Positions 11,580 through 24,400 of a DNA stretch of 64,000 nucleotides are shown here, one piece after another; positions within the stretch are counted from its first letter, which is position 1, and each line of letters opens with the position of its first letter. Under the pieces are notes generated by a model, which was given only the letters and a program-made list of their open reading frames with translations, searched no databases and was not told where the DNA came from. The position numbers and the translations under genes were made by a program. Source of the DNA: Anthoceros angustus (Eukaryota; Plantae; Anthocerotophyta); assembly GCA_010909165.1 (NCBI GenBank), contig MU008178.1, positions 756,369 through 820,368 on the forward strand, read 5' to 3'.

Positions 11580-12418
11580 TCAGGTTGCCCCCATGTGCAC
11601 GTCTTCCGCGTCCGTAGAGCCGCCGGATGCAGGCACGCTCGGAAGGGCAGACCCCTGCTCCAAGCTGGCACCCGAGGGAGCAGGCACCGGCACCGGCGCG
11701 GCCTCCACGGGAGCAGGACTCGCCATGGCTTCTGCTGCCTGCTCTGGAGCAGTGGCCTCCCTTGCCGGCTGAGGCACAGGCGCGGAAGGAGGTGGTGCAG
11801 GAGGCACAGGCCCAGGCACCGCGACCGGGCTGGTAGCTCGCGGAGGCGCCCGGTCTGGAGCCGGAGCCGGAGCTGGAGACGGAGCCGGCCGTGGCGGTGG
11901 CGGGGGCGGTGGCGGGGGCAGCACAATCCTCTCGTCTCTCCTCACGAACTTGGCCTCCGGAGCAACGTCGTTGAACTTGGAGGGAGGAACGGACAAGCCC
12001 GGGCCGAAGAGCACCCCGCGCAGCATCACATCACTCTCCCCCACCCGCACGCTGAGGAGGTAACCGGCATCGAAGCATCCATCAAGAACTCCTGACACCG
12101 GCTGCCCCACCAGCGCAGGATCCACCGGCGTGGGCGCCGAATTACCGTCCGCTTTCCTCTTCCTAGGCCGACGAGTTTTGGCCGGCGTGGCCTCCCCTCG
12201 GCACCGGGAGCCGCGGCAGGCACAGCAGCTCCCTCCCCGGCCTCTTCCGCCTGCTGCTGCTGCTGTGCCGCCGCCACATCCGCCTTCCGCGGCCTCCCCC
12301 TCTTCCGCTTCACGTTGGAGCCCGGGGGCTGCAGGGCCGCCTCCGCCTCAATTTCAGCCCTGGTTCTTCTGTGCCTCCGGCGGGGCGCGGCCGGATCCAT
12401 GAGCCCCTTGGCCACCAT
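11580..12418 (-). CDS. AT-hook protein, METABOLIC NETWORK MODULATOR 1 (At5g54930)-like; apparent 1-nt frameshift near 12195
   Basis: KRKRGRPRK AT-hook in one frame. LVGQPVSGVLDGCFDAGYLLSVRVG...LRGVLF...NDVAP (the MNM1-family domain) lies in another frame, followed by a Pro-rich tail. Confidence 0.7.
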
Positions 12419-13191
12419 CGCCGGCAAGAGCGCGCTGCCGTTCGTGCCCTCCCGTTCCCTCTGTCACCTCCGCTGCATTGGCCGGGCCATGCACTGCAAT
12501 GCGATGCGATGCGCGCGCGCTCCCGGCTCCCGCTCCCAATTGCCCCTCGCTTCCCCTTCCTTCCCCTCCCTTGCCCTCCCTTCCTCTCCGCCCTGCTCAC
12601 ACAAATTGTGGAGGCCAATGCGGCGGCGAGGAAGGCGTGGCTGTTCGCAGCGTGATGAGAGCTCGGGACGGCGCCATCGCTGTCGCCTCGTGTCAGGACG
12701 AGGGCGGGAGTGCAGTCTCCAGCACCTGCTACTTCCTCGCACTCGCAACGCTGGCGCCACTCGCTCACATTTACAACACCGGGGCCGGCATCTATCCCCG
12801 TCTATGCATGATGATCTGTAAGACACGGTTAAGGTTAGGGCAAGCCGGGGACGGGGAAGAGGAGGGGGAGGGGGATGTGACGGGGCCTCCGCAGTCCACC
12901 TCCCGCCAGGGTTAAAACCGTAACCAACGGTCAAGGCTCCGGCATTCAAAATTTCTTCATCCGGAGTGGAGTCCTGGCCGACGCTGCCACATTAATCACG
13001 CAAGCCTGCTGCCATTTGCCACATGTGTCTGTCGCTGGTGTGAAAAGGGACCTGCCGCAGGCAGCGGATCCCGGCGAAGATTTGCAACAGGCCGGGCCCC
13101 GGGCCCGGTTGATAATGTTTGCAGGCATATCCGACATCCAGATCCCCAAGTGGCCTGCCCTGGCCCCCCCCGGCCTTGTTCATCCAGCCTT

Positions 13192-13340
13192 ATACATACC
13201 TACATACATACAAGAACATACATACATACATAATACACACATACATACATACATACATACATACATACATACATACATACATACATACATACATACATAC
13301 ATACATACATACATACATACATAACATACATACTAACATA
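13192..13340. repeat. (CATA)n microsatellite
   Basis: Directly visible in the sequence. Confidence 0.97.
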
Positions 13341-13944
13341 CCCCTGGGCGCTCCATCAATGCGGCCCGGTGACGTCCCCATCCGGTCTGGGGCCCAAGTA
13401 CAGAACAGGAGCTGCCGGTGCCTGGCTCGGGTGGTAGGTGGGTACGAGCTTTAAAGAAGTAGCAGGCCTTTCCCGCGGGGCCGGAGCCCGGAGCGCGCCC
13501 GGCCCGCAGTGGTACGGTACCAGCTTCGGCTTCTACTCATACTCTGGTCGCTCGTCGCTCGGGGTGGGCCAGCAGTTGACTGGATTCGCTCGCCTTGTCG
13601 CATTCGGTCTTAACGGGACGGGGCGGCACAGCCCGTTACACAAAGCTCAGCACAGCGCAACGGAGGGAACGGAGGGGTTGTAGCGGGTGGTGGCACCGTC
13701 TTGGAGCCGAGCAACATGGGATAAAGGCGGGCGGGTGGGCGGGCGGGCGTGGCAGGCAGGCAGCAGGCATGCAGAGACGCATCATAAGTGCAGATTGATG
13801 CCAGGGACCGATTGTTCTTTCCTTCTACAGGTTGCAGCCTTCGGCAGAATAATGTCCACAAACACATCCCAAGGCCAATGGTATACAGCGGGTGAATTCA
13901 CCCGAAGACATAGTAATGGGTGGGTGGGGAAGGAGTGGAAGGTG

Positions 13945-15832
13945 CTATTGGGAATTGGGCCTCATCTGAGACCGGAGTTGCTGCTCAATGGACGAGAAGT
14001 TGGCTTGTAGGTCGAACATTCGCTCCAGAGCATGCATGTTCTCTATAGTGTCCGTCACAGTCCGGCCATCGGAGCCATCGGTCCTGAGGTGCTGCATCGG
14101 CCCATGGAGGAGCTTATTGATGATGCTTCTGGACAGCTCCTCCACCAGCTGCCTGTCCTTCTTGGGCACATCCTCGCTCAGTCTGCTCAGGCACTTGTTC
14201 ACCTCGCTGGATCGGATGCGTTCTGCGTATGCCCGCAAACGTTTGATGGTGGGGACAGTTTCCAGAGAGTCCCGCCAGGACTCGAAGTTCTGCAGCTCGT
14301 TGTCGATTAGTACTTGGGCTTCCTGTGCCTTTCTTCTCCTGTCCTCCTTGTTGGCTGCCACCACTTCCTCCAGGTCGTCCACGTTGAAGAGTCTTGTGGA
14401 AGGGACGCCGGAGACGCAGGGGCCCACGTTTCTGGGAACGGCTATGTCGACGAAGTATCTGGTGCCGCCCACATGGGTGGAGGCGGGAGGGAGCTGCTCC
14501 ACGTCTTCCTTGAGAAACAGAGGGGTGTCTGCTGCAGTGCTGGTGAAGATGAGGTCTGCCTCACTCGCACAGCTCATGAGCCGTGAGAGAGGCTCGTACT
14601 GCAGCTGTACCTCTGGGAACTCCGCCCGCAGCTCCAGCACTTTCTGCTCCGACCTGTTCACCACCACCATCTTGGTAGAGCCCTTGGAGACGAGATGCTT
14701 CACCAGCAGCTTTGCCATCTTCCCTGCACCCACCACCAGCACCCGTGCCAGGGAAAACCTCTCCTTGGAAAGCTTCAGCACAGCCAGCTCCACAGCAGCA
14801 GAGCTGACGGACACAGCCCCTGCCGAGATGCTGGTCTCCGCCCTCACCCTCTTCCCTGCCGTGATGGCCTGCTTGAACAGCCCGTTCAAGTGCCTCCCGA
14901 ACCCCACGCTCCCCTGCCCGGTCTTGAACACCTGCTTCACCTGCGACAGGATCTGCCCTTCCCCGAGCACCAGCGAGTCCAGCCCCGACGACACTCTGAA
15001 CAAGTGCTGACAAGCATCCCGGTCCCGAAGAACGAAGAGATGCTCCCTCAACTCAGCAGCAGCGACGCCGCTTCTCTGCAACCAACAGAAGACAATGTCA
15101 GTTCCCTCACATGAACGATCCACCGACAAAAACACAAACCACAGCAGCAAAAGGACAAAATCCCGCACCTTCGACATCCAATCCAGCACCTCAACCAGCC
15201 CTCGATTCCAGGACAAAGCCACCACATAAATCTCCATCCGATTGCATGTGCTCAGCACGGCAGCTTCCTCGATGTGATTATGCCCACAGAGCTCAGTGAT
15301 GGCACTAGGCCACTCCGCTTCCGGAACCGCCAGCTTCTCCCGCAACTCCACGGGAGCCGTATGCACGCTCAACCCTAGCACCATGATCACGCTCTTGGCT
15401 CTCGTATACCCTGCGAAATCCGATCCCACGCAGACGACATCAGACCACGCCACTGGTCCAAGCTACCACCACAGCCCAGCAACCCAGCAACCCAGCACGG
15501 AAATCCAATCACTCACTGTCGGGCCCCGCAAGACGCAGCTGCTCCAGAGCGCTGGCATTCGCAGGCTTGATCCTATGGCCGGAGGGCAGCTCAGGCGGGC
15601 CGTCTCCGGACAAGGCGGCCCTCACACCGGCACCGGGACCCGAGATCTCCAACTTCTCTAGTCTGTGAAACCAGCCCCCAGAATCCCCTCCCCTGAAGAA
15701 AGCCCAGCTCCGCAGAAACGGGCACCTGGAGGAGCGCAGAAACGGGCACCCCTCCCGGTCGGTCCTGGCAATGTCGGCCAGCCCCTCCAAACCGGAGGCC
15801 GGGGCAGGGGCGGCGCACGTCCTCAGGCCCAT
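13945..15832 (-). CDS. HEMA: Glutamyl-tRNA reductase with transit peptide; introns 15411-15516 and 15076-15168
   Basis: ASALEQLR...[50 protein letters not shown] and LHGPMQHLR; GT-AG junctions read directly. Confidence 0.95.
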
Positions 15833-16012
15833 GCTCCTCTACCTGCATCCGCAACCAATGAAATGAAATGAGCCCAGCTGCCATGCCAGCCTTCCAGTCC
15901 CCCACCAGCTGAAGCAAACGCCCACCACGCCATCCCTACCTTCCACAGCCTCAGCCTCAGCCTCCGCCTCCGCCCCAGCCAGCGGCAAGCCCGAGCCGAC
16001 GCGGCGCCCGAG

Positions 16013-16110
16013 GCGATGCGATGCGATGCGACGCGATGCGACGCGATGCGATGCGACGCGACGCGATGCGATGCGAGGCGAGGCGAGGCGAGGCGAGGCG
16101 AGGCGATGCG
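16013..16110. repeat. Pentamer array (GCGAT/GCGAC/GCGAG)n upstream of HEMA
   Basis: Directly visible in the sequence. Confidence 0.92.
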
Positions 16111-17004
16111 GATGCGAGCGAAGCAGCCTGAACCGCTTGGTGCAGCTGCGGAATCCGAGAGACTGCGATAGCATGGGAAGAAGGCGCCCACATCCGAATC
16201 ACCCAAGATCGAGGTGAAGCCCGTGGTGGAGCGTGGAGGAGGCAGGCGTGGAGAAGCCAGCTAGCTACCCAGCGCCGGGTCAAAGGGAGCCCGCGGTCGC
16301 CTCGGACTCCAGGCAGCAGGAACAGGAACAACAACAGCACCAGCGTCCGCATTCTTTCCTGCGCGGCGCGGCTCATGGGTCATGGAAAGCGGTGCGAAGG
16401 TGTAACTTGCCATGACTTGTTCCCGCTAAACGTCGGTAGGTGCAGGTGATGGTATCAAGTACGGTACACTAGCTCCCGGGTTTTTGTGTGTGATTTTACA
16501 TTAGTCTAGGAGTAACACCCGTTTTGTTGCGAGGGGGGCAAGCACGTGGTTCCGAGCAACAACACACAAAACACGCACACCGGCACTAGTCTAGGCCTCT
16601 AGGTCCAAATAGCCCGCCGTTCTCCTTGGGAGGACTCGAGAGGGACTCGCACCCAGCATCTCTCTTGCTCTTTACTTATATGTACATAGATCACATAGTT
16701 TCCCAATCTTCGCCTGCGCTACATGCTTCATTTCCTCCTCTTGATCTCCACCTTAAAGCTCTCCGGGGTACACTCACCGGCCATGAGCAAGGATTTCTCG
16801 AGATTCATTTAGGCCCTGCCCCAAGAAGGGGGTTGGTCTCTCCCTTTCTTGCATTGTGGCTTTCTCCAGGCAACGAGTGTCTATCCCTGCAGAGGGCGCT
16901 GGCTAACGTGGTATACGAGACGACAGCGAGCGTAGGGATGCAGCATCTTCGGTACCAGTGGTAGGTAGGCCCTTTCATATCTCGGACCACGCTATTTTCG
17001 GAGC

Positions 17005-17119
17005 GGTAGTAAAAGGTGGGCGATCATGGTAGTAAAAGGTGGGCGATTGCGGTAGTAAAAGGTGGGCGATCGTGGTAGTAAAAGGTGGACGATCGTGGTA
17101 GTAAAAGGTGAGCGATTGC
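17005..17119. repeat. 23-bp tandem repeat, 5 copies (GGTAGTAAAAGGTGGGCGATCRT)
   Basis: Units start at 17005, 17028, 17051, 17074 and 17097. Confidence 0.95.
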
Positions 17120-20100
17120 AGGGCTAGTCCCCCTGGGCCTGATGCCCTCCTATGGGTTGTTCCCCTTTGTCTCAGGGTTTTCTTGTATAAAGTCTCCATG
17201 TTCTCCCTCGATACACTTATTAGAGAGTTTGATTTTACATATTTAGTCTAGGAGCTCTTTTATCATTGTTATTATTGGGGACTCTCATGTGATTAGTCTA
17301 GGAGTAACACCCCCTTTCTTGTAGGGCATGCAACGCATACATCAGCACTACTAAGCCTCCAAATAAATGTAGTCTAGGAGTAACACCCTGTTTGTTGGGA
17401 GGTAGGGAAGTCCACGGCAATACACATGATTAACACCAGCACTAAGCCTCCAAGTAGCCCGCCATCCTTCCAAGGGGGACTCATAGACAACATTCCTGCT
17501 GTTGCTCTTTACTATAGCAAGAGTATATGAGAGCTCAGATAAGAGTCCTCACCTTCACGTGAGCTAGGTGTTTAACTCTCTTCCCCTATCTCCTCTTCGA
17601 AGCTCTCCTCTAGACATACACACTATAGCAAAAGTTAACAAAAGTATATGAGAGATCATAAAGAAGTTAGTTGTCTTCCTCCTCCATCTCCTCCTAAAAG
17701 CTCTCCTCTAGAGACACACTCTAAGCTCCCTCAACCTCTAGGGTCCTACAACCTCTAAGCATGCTAGTTCTCCTTAAAAAGAGTTAACTAGAGATTGTTT
17801 AATAGCTCTGCGGTTAGTCTCATCCCTTATTAGAGCTAGTCTCATTCCTTACTTAAATGAGGCTTATTTCATCCCCAAGTAAATAATTAAACTTTCTTGA
17901 ATCCTAAGCAAACCTTACTACCTATAACCTTGTCTCTTACTCAGATCCGACCTTGCGTACTTCTCAGTTTCTTGGACCGACCGTGCATGCTTCCCAATAA
18001 CATCGATGCATGACTCATACTCTAGATATAATTTGGTCCGTTCCCTACTTTGAGCCACGTGATGGCCACAGTGGAACCAAATTCGTATTGGAATGGGAGC
18101 AAAGCTAGTTCAGGGAATTAGCATAATAGTGACAAGTGAATTAGGTTGTGCCTAAGTGGGCTTATATACCCTTACACGAAAGGGTGTGTCCCTTGGGCTC
18201 AGATGCCTGGTATCTAATTGATAATCATATTCTAATACTCCCCCCCTTACTAGATATCTTAAGCTAATGAGCTATCCTGGCTAGAGAGAGCATAAACCCC
18301 AAGGAGGGCTCCATAGGACATGTATTTGTAACGGGGTAGGCTCTTCATCAAGATATCGGCTTTCATGTGCTCCGTGGGACAATACTCAAGTTGGATCTCC
18401 AATCAATAGCCGCATCACAAAGCATCAAGGCAAAACCTGATATTGATTTCTTGGAGTCTACCTCTCCCCCCCCCAATCAGCATTGGTGTAAGCAGAGAGT
18501 TCAGGGAAGGAGACCGAAGCGCACCGAGGCCCATGGTACCAGGGCCCATAAGCCATGGTGCCCCTGAGAGAGCGCAAAGTAAGTATCCAGGTATACTAAA
18601 GTGCGAGCTTGGGGTTTGTCATTTGCTGGGCAAGCAATCGCACAACATGGCCAATGTCAGGGTGCATTGTAGTACATATCCAGTTGATACGCCCTACTGC
18701 TTCATGATATGGAATAGATTCCATGTACTTGCGCTCCTCGTCGACCTTGGGTGCCTGGTTAGAAGATATTGGTGCTCCAACGGCAAGCGGAATGGGTGCA
18801 GGCTTGCAATCCAGCAGGTTGAAGCGAGTTAGCATGTTTGTGGAGCAACTTTAGTAGGCGAGATGCCCACAGGGTGCACATTAGACCCGTCTGACATTGT
18901 AGTCTTAGGATTCACTCCCAGGGGATCGTTCGGGCGCTGCGACGTGGCGTATCTTCTCCAATAGGGGTCTTCCACCTTTCCTTCCCTCTACAATATCAGT
19001 CTTAGGCCATCTTACGATTCTACTGTTACATGCTTAAGTGTGCTTATGTTGCTACACTTTCGGATATCTACGGCGCTTCACCCCCATAACTGTGCAATTA
19101 TGGTTATACGATGCTGTGATGTTATAACGTTACGACTCTGTACCTGTCCGTCACTATGATGCTATAACGCTACGACTTTATACCCCGCGCCATTGCGACT
19201 CCACAATGCTACAACCTACCATGGTTTCCATTCTTTAGCTTTGTCGGGGGCCAACCCCCAGAAAGGTTTCGGGACGACGCTCTACGTCGTCTTACACTCG
19301 AGAACGCACAGTACCCCATCACGACTCTATTCCAGGAACACATAGTACCCCATCACGATTGTACTCCGGCACGTCCGCCATCTCCACCCATCTTAGTTGT
19401 GAACCCCCGAGGGTCCGACGTGCTGCCCAAAGTGGAATCACCCATCCCCTGCTGGTCTCCAGTACTCGTCACACCCCCTCTGCAGCCCTTCCCAAGATAC
19501 CATACCCAATGGTAGGGTTTCGGGAGCTCACCCTTGCGGGGAGTTACTCACCTAGGTTCCCTCCTCTTCCACATGCGACTTCCCCCCTAGCGGATCTCGT
19601 CGCCCGGGTTCTCGACCCTTTGCACCGTGACCCACTCCTCAACCCACTGGACGACGATGGGGAGGGAACCAGTTCGTCACTTCCACTCCTCCGGCCTTGG
19701 CATTTCAGCCACAGAAGAGAATCCCGTGAGACCGGTCAGCCACACTATAAACAATCTGATTTCCATAGCTCATAAGGCTGATTTAATACTTAGTTCAGGA
19801 GTCGGGTTACTGTTCTTCCCTTGCGTTAATCGGCCTATTCTAGCCTACTCTATCATGCACCACCTTCATCTTTTATTTTAGGCCTCTAGATCTTCTCGCT
19901 CATCCGCTTGCACCTCCGCGCCCCTTATTCTAGATGGCTCTTCCGTAGGATCTGGGATAAGGCCCAGGTTCCGCAATAGTTCCTTTTCTGAGACTTTTGG
20001 AAAGACGTAATCGGGGAGGGGAGGGGAGAGGGGTGGAGGCGAGGGGCGGAGGAGGGCAAGAGGGGCGTGAGGGGCATGGTAGGGGGGGTAGGGGAATGAG

Positions 20101-20367
20101 TAGGTCTGGCCATGCATGTAGAGTCCCACTACCCGTTGCATCTGCATGTTGTATACCTCCCGTCCCACTATCCGATGCACCCGTCTGGCTGGAAGGAAGT
20201 AGAATTCGACTGGCAAGGGCGGTATATGCCTTGCCTCAGGCCCGTCGTGGCATACCCTTGTAGGCCGAGGTAGTATATTGAGGGCAAGCGACAAATCCAC
20301 CCCTGCCTCCTCTGCTTCTTCTGCTTCCTTTGCTTCCAACGCATCATCCGCCTCGGCGTTGTTTTCC

Positions 20368-20510
20368 AGGTCCTCACCGACGCCCTCCTCAACGTCATCG
20401 CCAAGGTTCTCAGCGACACCCTCCTCAACGTCGTTGCCAAGGTCCTCTGCGATGCCCCCCTGAACATCGTCGCCGAGGTCCTCAACGATGCCCTCCTCAA
20501 CATCGTTGAG
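20368..20510. repeat. About 36-bp imperfect tandem repeat (about 4 copies) encoding acidic EDLGDDVEEG-like units on the minus strand
   Basis: Repeated cgacgccctcctcaacgtcatcgccaagg-like units. Confidence 0.75.
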
Positions 20511-21468
20511 GCCGAGTTGCTCCCCTCCGTTGACATCCCTACTTCATCTCTGCATCGCTTCTTGTGAAGTGGTGTTGCTTCGTGTTCATCTTTAGATATA
20601 TCAGCATGCTGCCACCCCAACACGATTTGACGTACCCTCGCCTTCAGGGCGGCCAATCCAGCACAGAGGTCCTTACTGCGCTCTCCACTTCCCTCCGAAG
20701 ACGTCGTAGATGCTTTGGCTTTGTTCCTCGATGCCGGTTCATCTCCCGATCAGCCCGTTCTGTCGCCATGTGCATGTATTTGTCTACAGCTCGTTCGGTG
20801 CATTCGTTAACCAACTCCATCAGCTGCTGGTCCTGGCTGCGGGCTTCCTCCTCTTCTCTTTTCCTTTGTTGCAAGTGCTCTTGCACATGTTGGCGTGTCT
20901 CCTCTAAAATAACCATGAGGCCAGCAAGCTCCTGATGGGCCATGGCTGTCTTCTCCCGTTCAGCCATGACATCCCTATTGGCTTAGGCCATGGCTTGTGC
21001 ACATGCGCCTCGCTCCGCCCTTGCATATGCCCTCTAGAAGTCTTTGCGTTTTCGGCCGAAGTTCCACTTGCACTGTACTCTAGTTACTAGCCGATAGGCC
21101 AGCTAGAGCCGCCTGCCCCTCCGAGCCTGTGCCATTTCCCTCAAGGGTTCTACGTCCTCCGTTATCCGATCGTAAGCCGTCCGAATGACCCGCATTCTCC
21201 TTAAAATTTCGGCCCTCTCCCCGTTGCATTCCGCGAGCCGTCTGCCCAGATCCTCATTAGTGCGATTAACACTCAGGACTTCCCATTGCGCTCGAGATAT
21301 TTCTTCTCCTAGGGCTCTATACCTCTCTGCCCCCTCTCTTAGGGCAGTCTCTGCCCTGGCACACCAAGATTCTTCTTCTACCCTGGTTGCCGTTCTGTCT
21401 GTAGAGCCCTTTGTTGAGTTGCCACTTCCACCATCAGATTGTGCAGTTGGTCTTGGAGTTGTTGTTTG

Positions 21469-24400
21469 CACTACTAGGAAAAGTATACTTTTACCACGGA
21501 CATTACTACGGACTTTACAACGGTCATTACTACTCCTGTAGTAAAACGTCAGTAGTAAACATAGTGTTAAGTGTCCGTGGTAAAGTCCAGTACATCGTAT
21601 ATGATGGCTATACTCTATATGAAGTATGTACGGAGTACGTTAATGAAGTCTACCGTATATTAGTTAATCTTTAAATTACCATACCTTTTACCACAGTATT
21701 TATTACGTTGAACAACCACGGACTTTACTACTGGCCTAATCGTGGTTAAACATAATGGTTAGTTTACCGAGATTAGTTAACTACAATATATTAACTGTAG
21801 TTAAATTAGTGGGTTTGGTTAATCACATGTTGACCATAGTTAATTAATCACGGTTAAGTAATTCGACAGTCCATTGTAAATTCCTGCTGGGTACCGTTGT
21901 AAATCTCTCCGTTGTAGAAAAAGACCCTGTAGTAATATTTTATAGTAAATATTCGTAGTAAAATTTTGTAGTAAACATCTTGATTAATATATGTAGTAAA
22001 ATTCTATAGTAATAATACATAGTAAAATTCTTTAGTAAAAAGTTTGTAGTAAAATTCTACAGTAAAAGCTTGTAGTAAATTTCTATAGTAAAAGTTCGTA
22101 GTGAAATGTTTAGTAGTGGACTCCCTGTAGTAAATGGAACGTAGCAAAAGATTGGTTCCAAGTATGCAGATTCATAACCGGTGTTGTCAATTTCATAAGT
22201 GGGGAGGGAAGGGAGGGGAGGGAGGGGAGAGGAGGGAGGGTAGGCAGGGGATAGGATGTACGGGGGAGGAGGGAGTGAGGGAGGACAGCCGACCAAACCA
22301 CATTTGCAGACCAGGCTACATCATCGAGGCCATACACCGCAATTCCGCCTTCTTTGTATTCAAAAAACAAGAGTTGTCCTCTCCAGCCAACCGGCCAAAT
22401 CCATGGCATTGCCCTTAGAAAACCGGGCATCCTACAAAAATTTACACACCCAAAATATGAGGTCCTGGAACAAGAAATTTCAGACAAATCATGGAACATG
22501 GAAATGATGAAAGCAACAGCATCAGACTCTAACCTTAATCATGCTGGGACTTCCTTAGCATCCGTGGCCACTTTGCGGGGAAGGTAGTGCCCTATCATCC
22601 ACCCGTCGTCTAAGACATTGTTTTTTGGTGTAGCCACCATCGCTGAGAGTTCAGCTTGGTGCACCTCGTACAAGTCTAGCGCCTCGTCTGCTAGATGCCC
22701 AGACAGCTGTTCAAACATGTAAAGGTGGTTGTACGCAGCACCATGTTTGAACTTAACCTGACTGATCATGCCATTGACAGATAACTTGAAATCTCGTAAG
22801 GACTGGGTACCAGGTCTCTCTGAAAACCTCTCATGCCTGTAGGGTGCTCCTCCCTCCATGTCGTCCGAGTCTTCAAAATACTCGGCTCGTGGATCGCCTC
22901 GATATGGCATCCGGATGAGGGAGCCCAAGGTCCGAGTGAATCAAGACCGCCCACCCCAGTTGACAAGTGGGATTGCTCCAAGGGTGTATGGCCCAAGGGC
23001 TGCACTGGCAAGAACTCAACCTGTGACTCCTCCTCAGGTAGCTGGCTCTGAAATGGAGCTTTCTCTCCCTCCAAATCTGAAGTCCCAGGGGTGATATACC
23101 TGTAAATGGGGACCAGCTTGTTGCTGGCCTTGCTCTTGAGGGTGGACTGCCGGGGTCGAAGCTGACTTCCACAAACTCCTGAGCTTGCTCCTGCCTTTTG
23201 GCTCCCCTCCTCCGTCGTGTGTATGCACGTCTAGGTGGGGTGCTTTGTCCAGGGATGTCGCGGGATCTCAATCTGTAACGAGGACTGGTCTCATGCTCCT
23301 TAGGTTGCATTCCCGCATGAACACGCACAGCAAACAAAAGGTCAGCTAGCTAGGCTGGAAGAGGAAAAGAAGGCAAGCTAGCACTGCAGTCAGGCTTGCT
23401 GCTAAAGCCATAAAACCAGACAAGTTTAGAACTGTGAAATGTCAAAGTCACAGCTGCAAAAAGGACATGTACGGAGCTAGTCTAAAAGCTAAGCTAAGAG
23501 CTAGGCTGCAAGTAATGAGAGACCTGAAGTGCCAGTGTCCATAAGAGCCCTAGCCTCTATGCTACAATAAGAGGGGTGTTGGCTGCAAATAGCCAACATT
23601 CCCCCACTGAAACCCTAGATGACCAAATCCTCCAAGGCATTCAGTCCTTGGATTTCACTCAAAATTGAACAAAACTTATACCAATAGATTTGTCTCAGCA
23701 AGGCAAACAATCTGGTATGTGAATCAAAGGCAACCAACCTCTGTGGCGGACGCTATGAGCTCTGGAAGGCTGGGACAGCTTGCTGCAGGTGGAATGCTGC
23801 TGCTGCTGCTAGCACGATAGGGTGTGTTGGTGATGCCGCCTTGCTGTAGTTGCCTGGCCGCTTCCACCAATGTGAATCGCCCCTAGCTCTTGCATGCCAT
23901 GCTCCAGATTGACATTAGCTGTTGAAGTGAAGAGATTGCTGCCTCTTGCATGCAGCAATCAGGGTGAAATGTGAGGGGCTACGCATGCTGCGCAGCTATG
24001 AGCCTGTAAATCACGCCATAGCCTGCACCACGAGAAGAAATTTTGTTGAGAACATGCTCAGCTTGAACCCCAATCTCAAAAGAACATGACTTCCCAAGGT
24101 TCTCTTCCGGTGTCACAGTGCTGCAAGGCGCGACTTCAACAGCTAACGACTCCTACCCTAGCTGTCTCTTTTGTCTAGCGCCAGCCATCATCTCCATGAT
24201 CCAGTCTCTCGTTGAGTTGGCCTCACGCCCTTGCATCAGCAACAGACTGCTCCTTTCCATGATGCCTTGCTGGGTCACCTAGGTTTTGCTATCTTCCCAC
24301 ATTGGGCATCAGGGCTACACCAACAACAAGTTGGAAAATAGCCAGCATGTGTTCTTACCTAACCTGCCTGAAAACATCTAGCTTGTTCTAAACTAGTTTG

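Noticed and set aside
13016-13454. ORFs with HTYI/MYVC repeats
   Set aside because: Artefacts of translating the (CATA)n microsatellite
13988-15010. 340-aa plus-strand ORF
   Set aside because: Antisense shadow of the GC-rich HEMA CDS; the same applies to the long opposite-strand ORFs over SDP6, the F-box gene and the MBOATs
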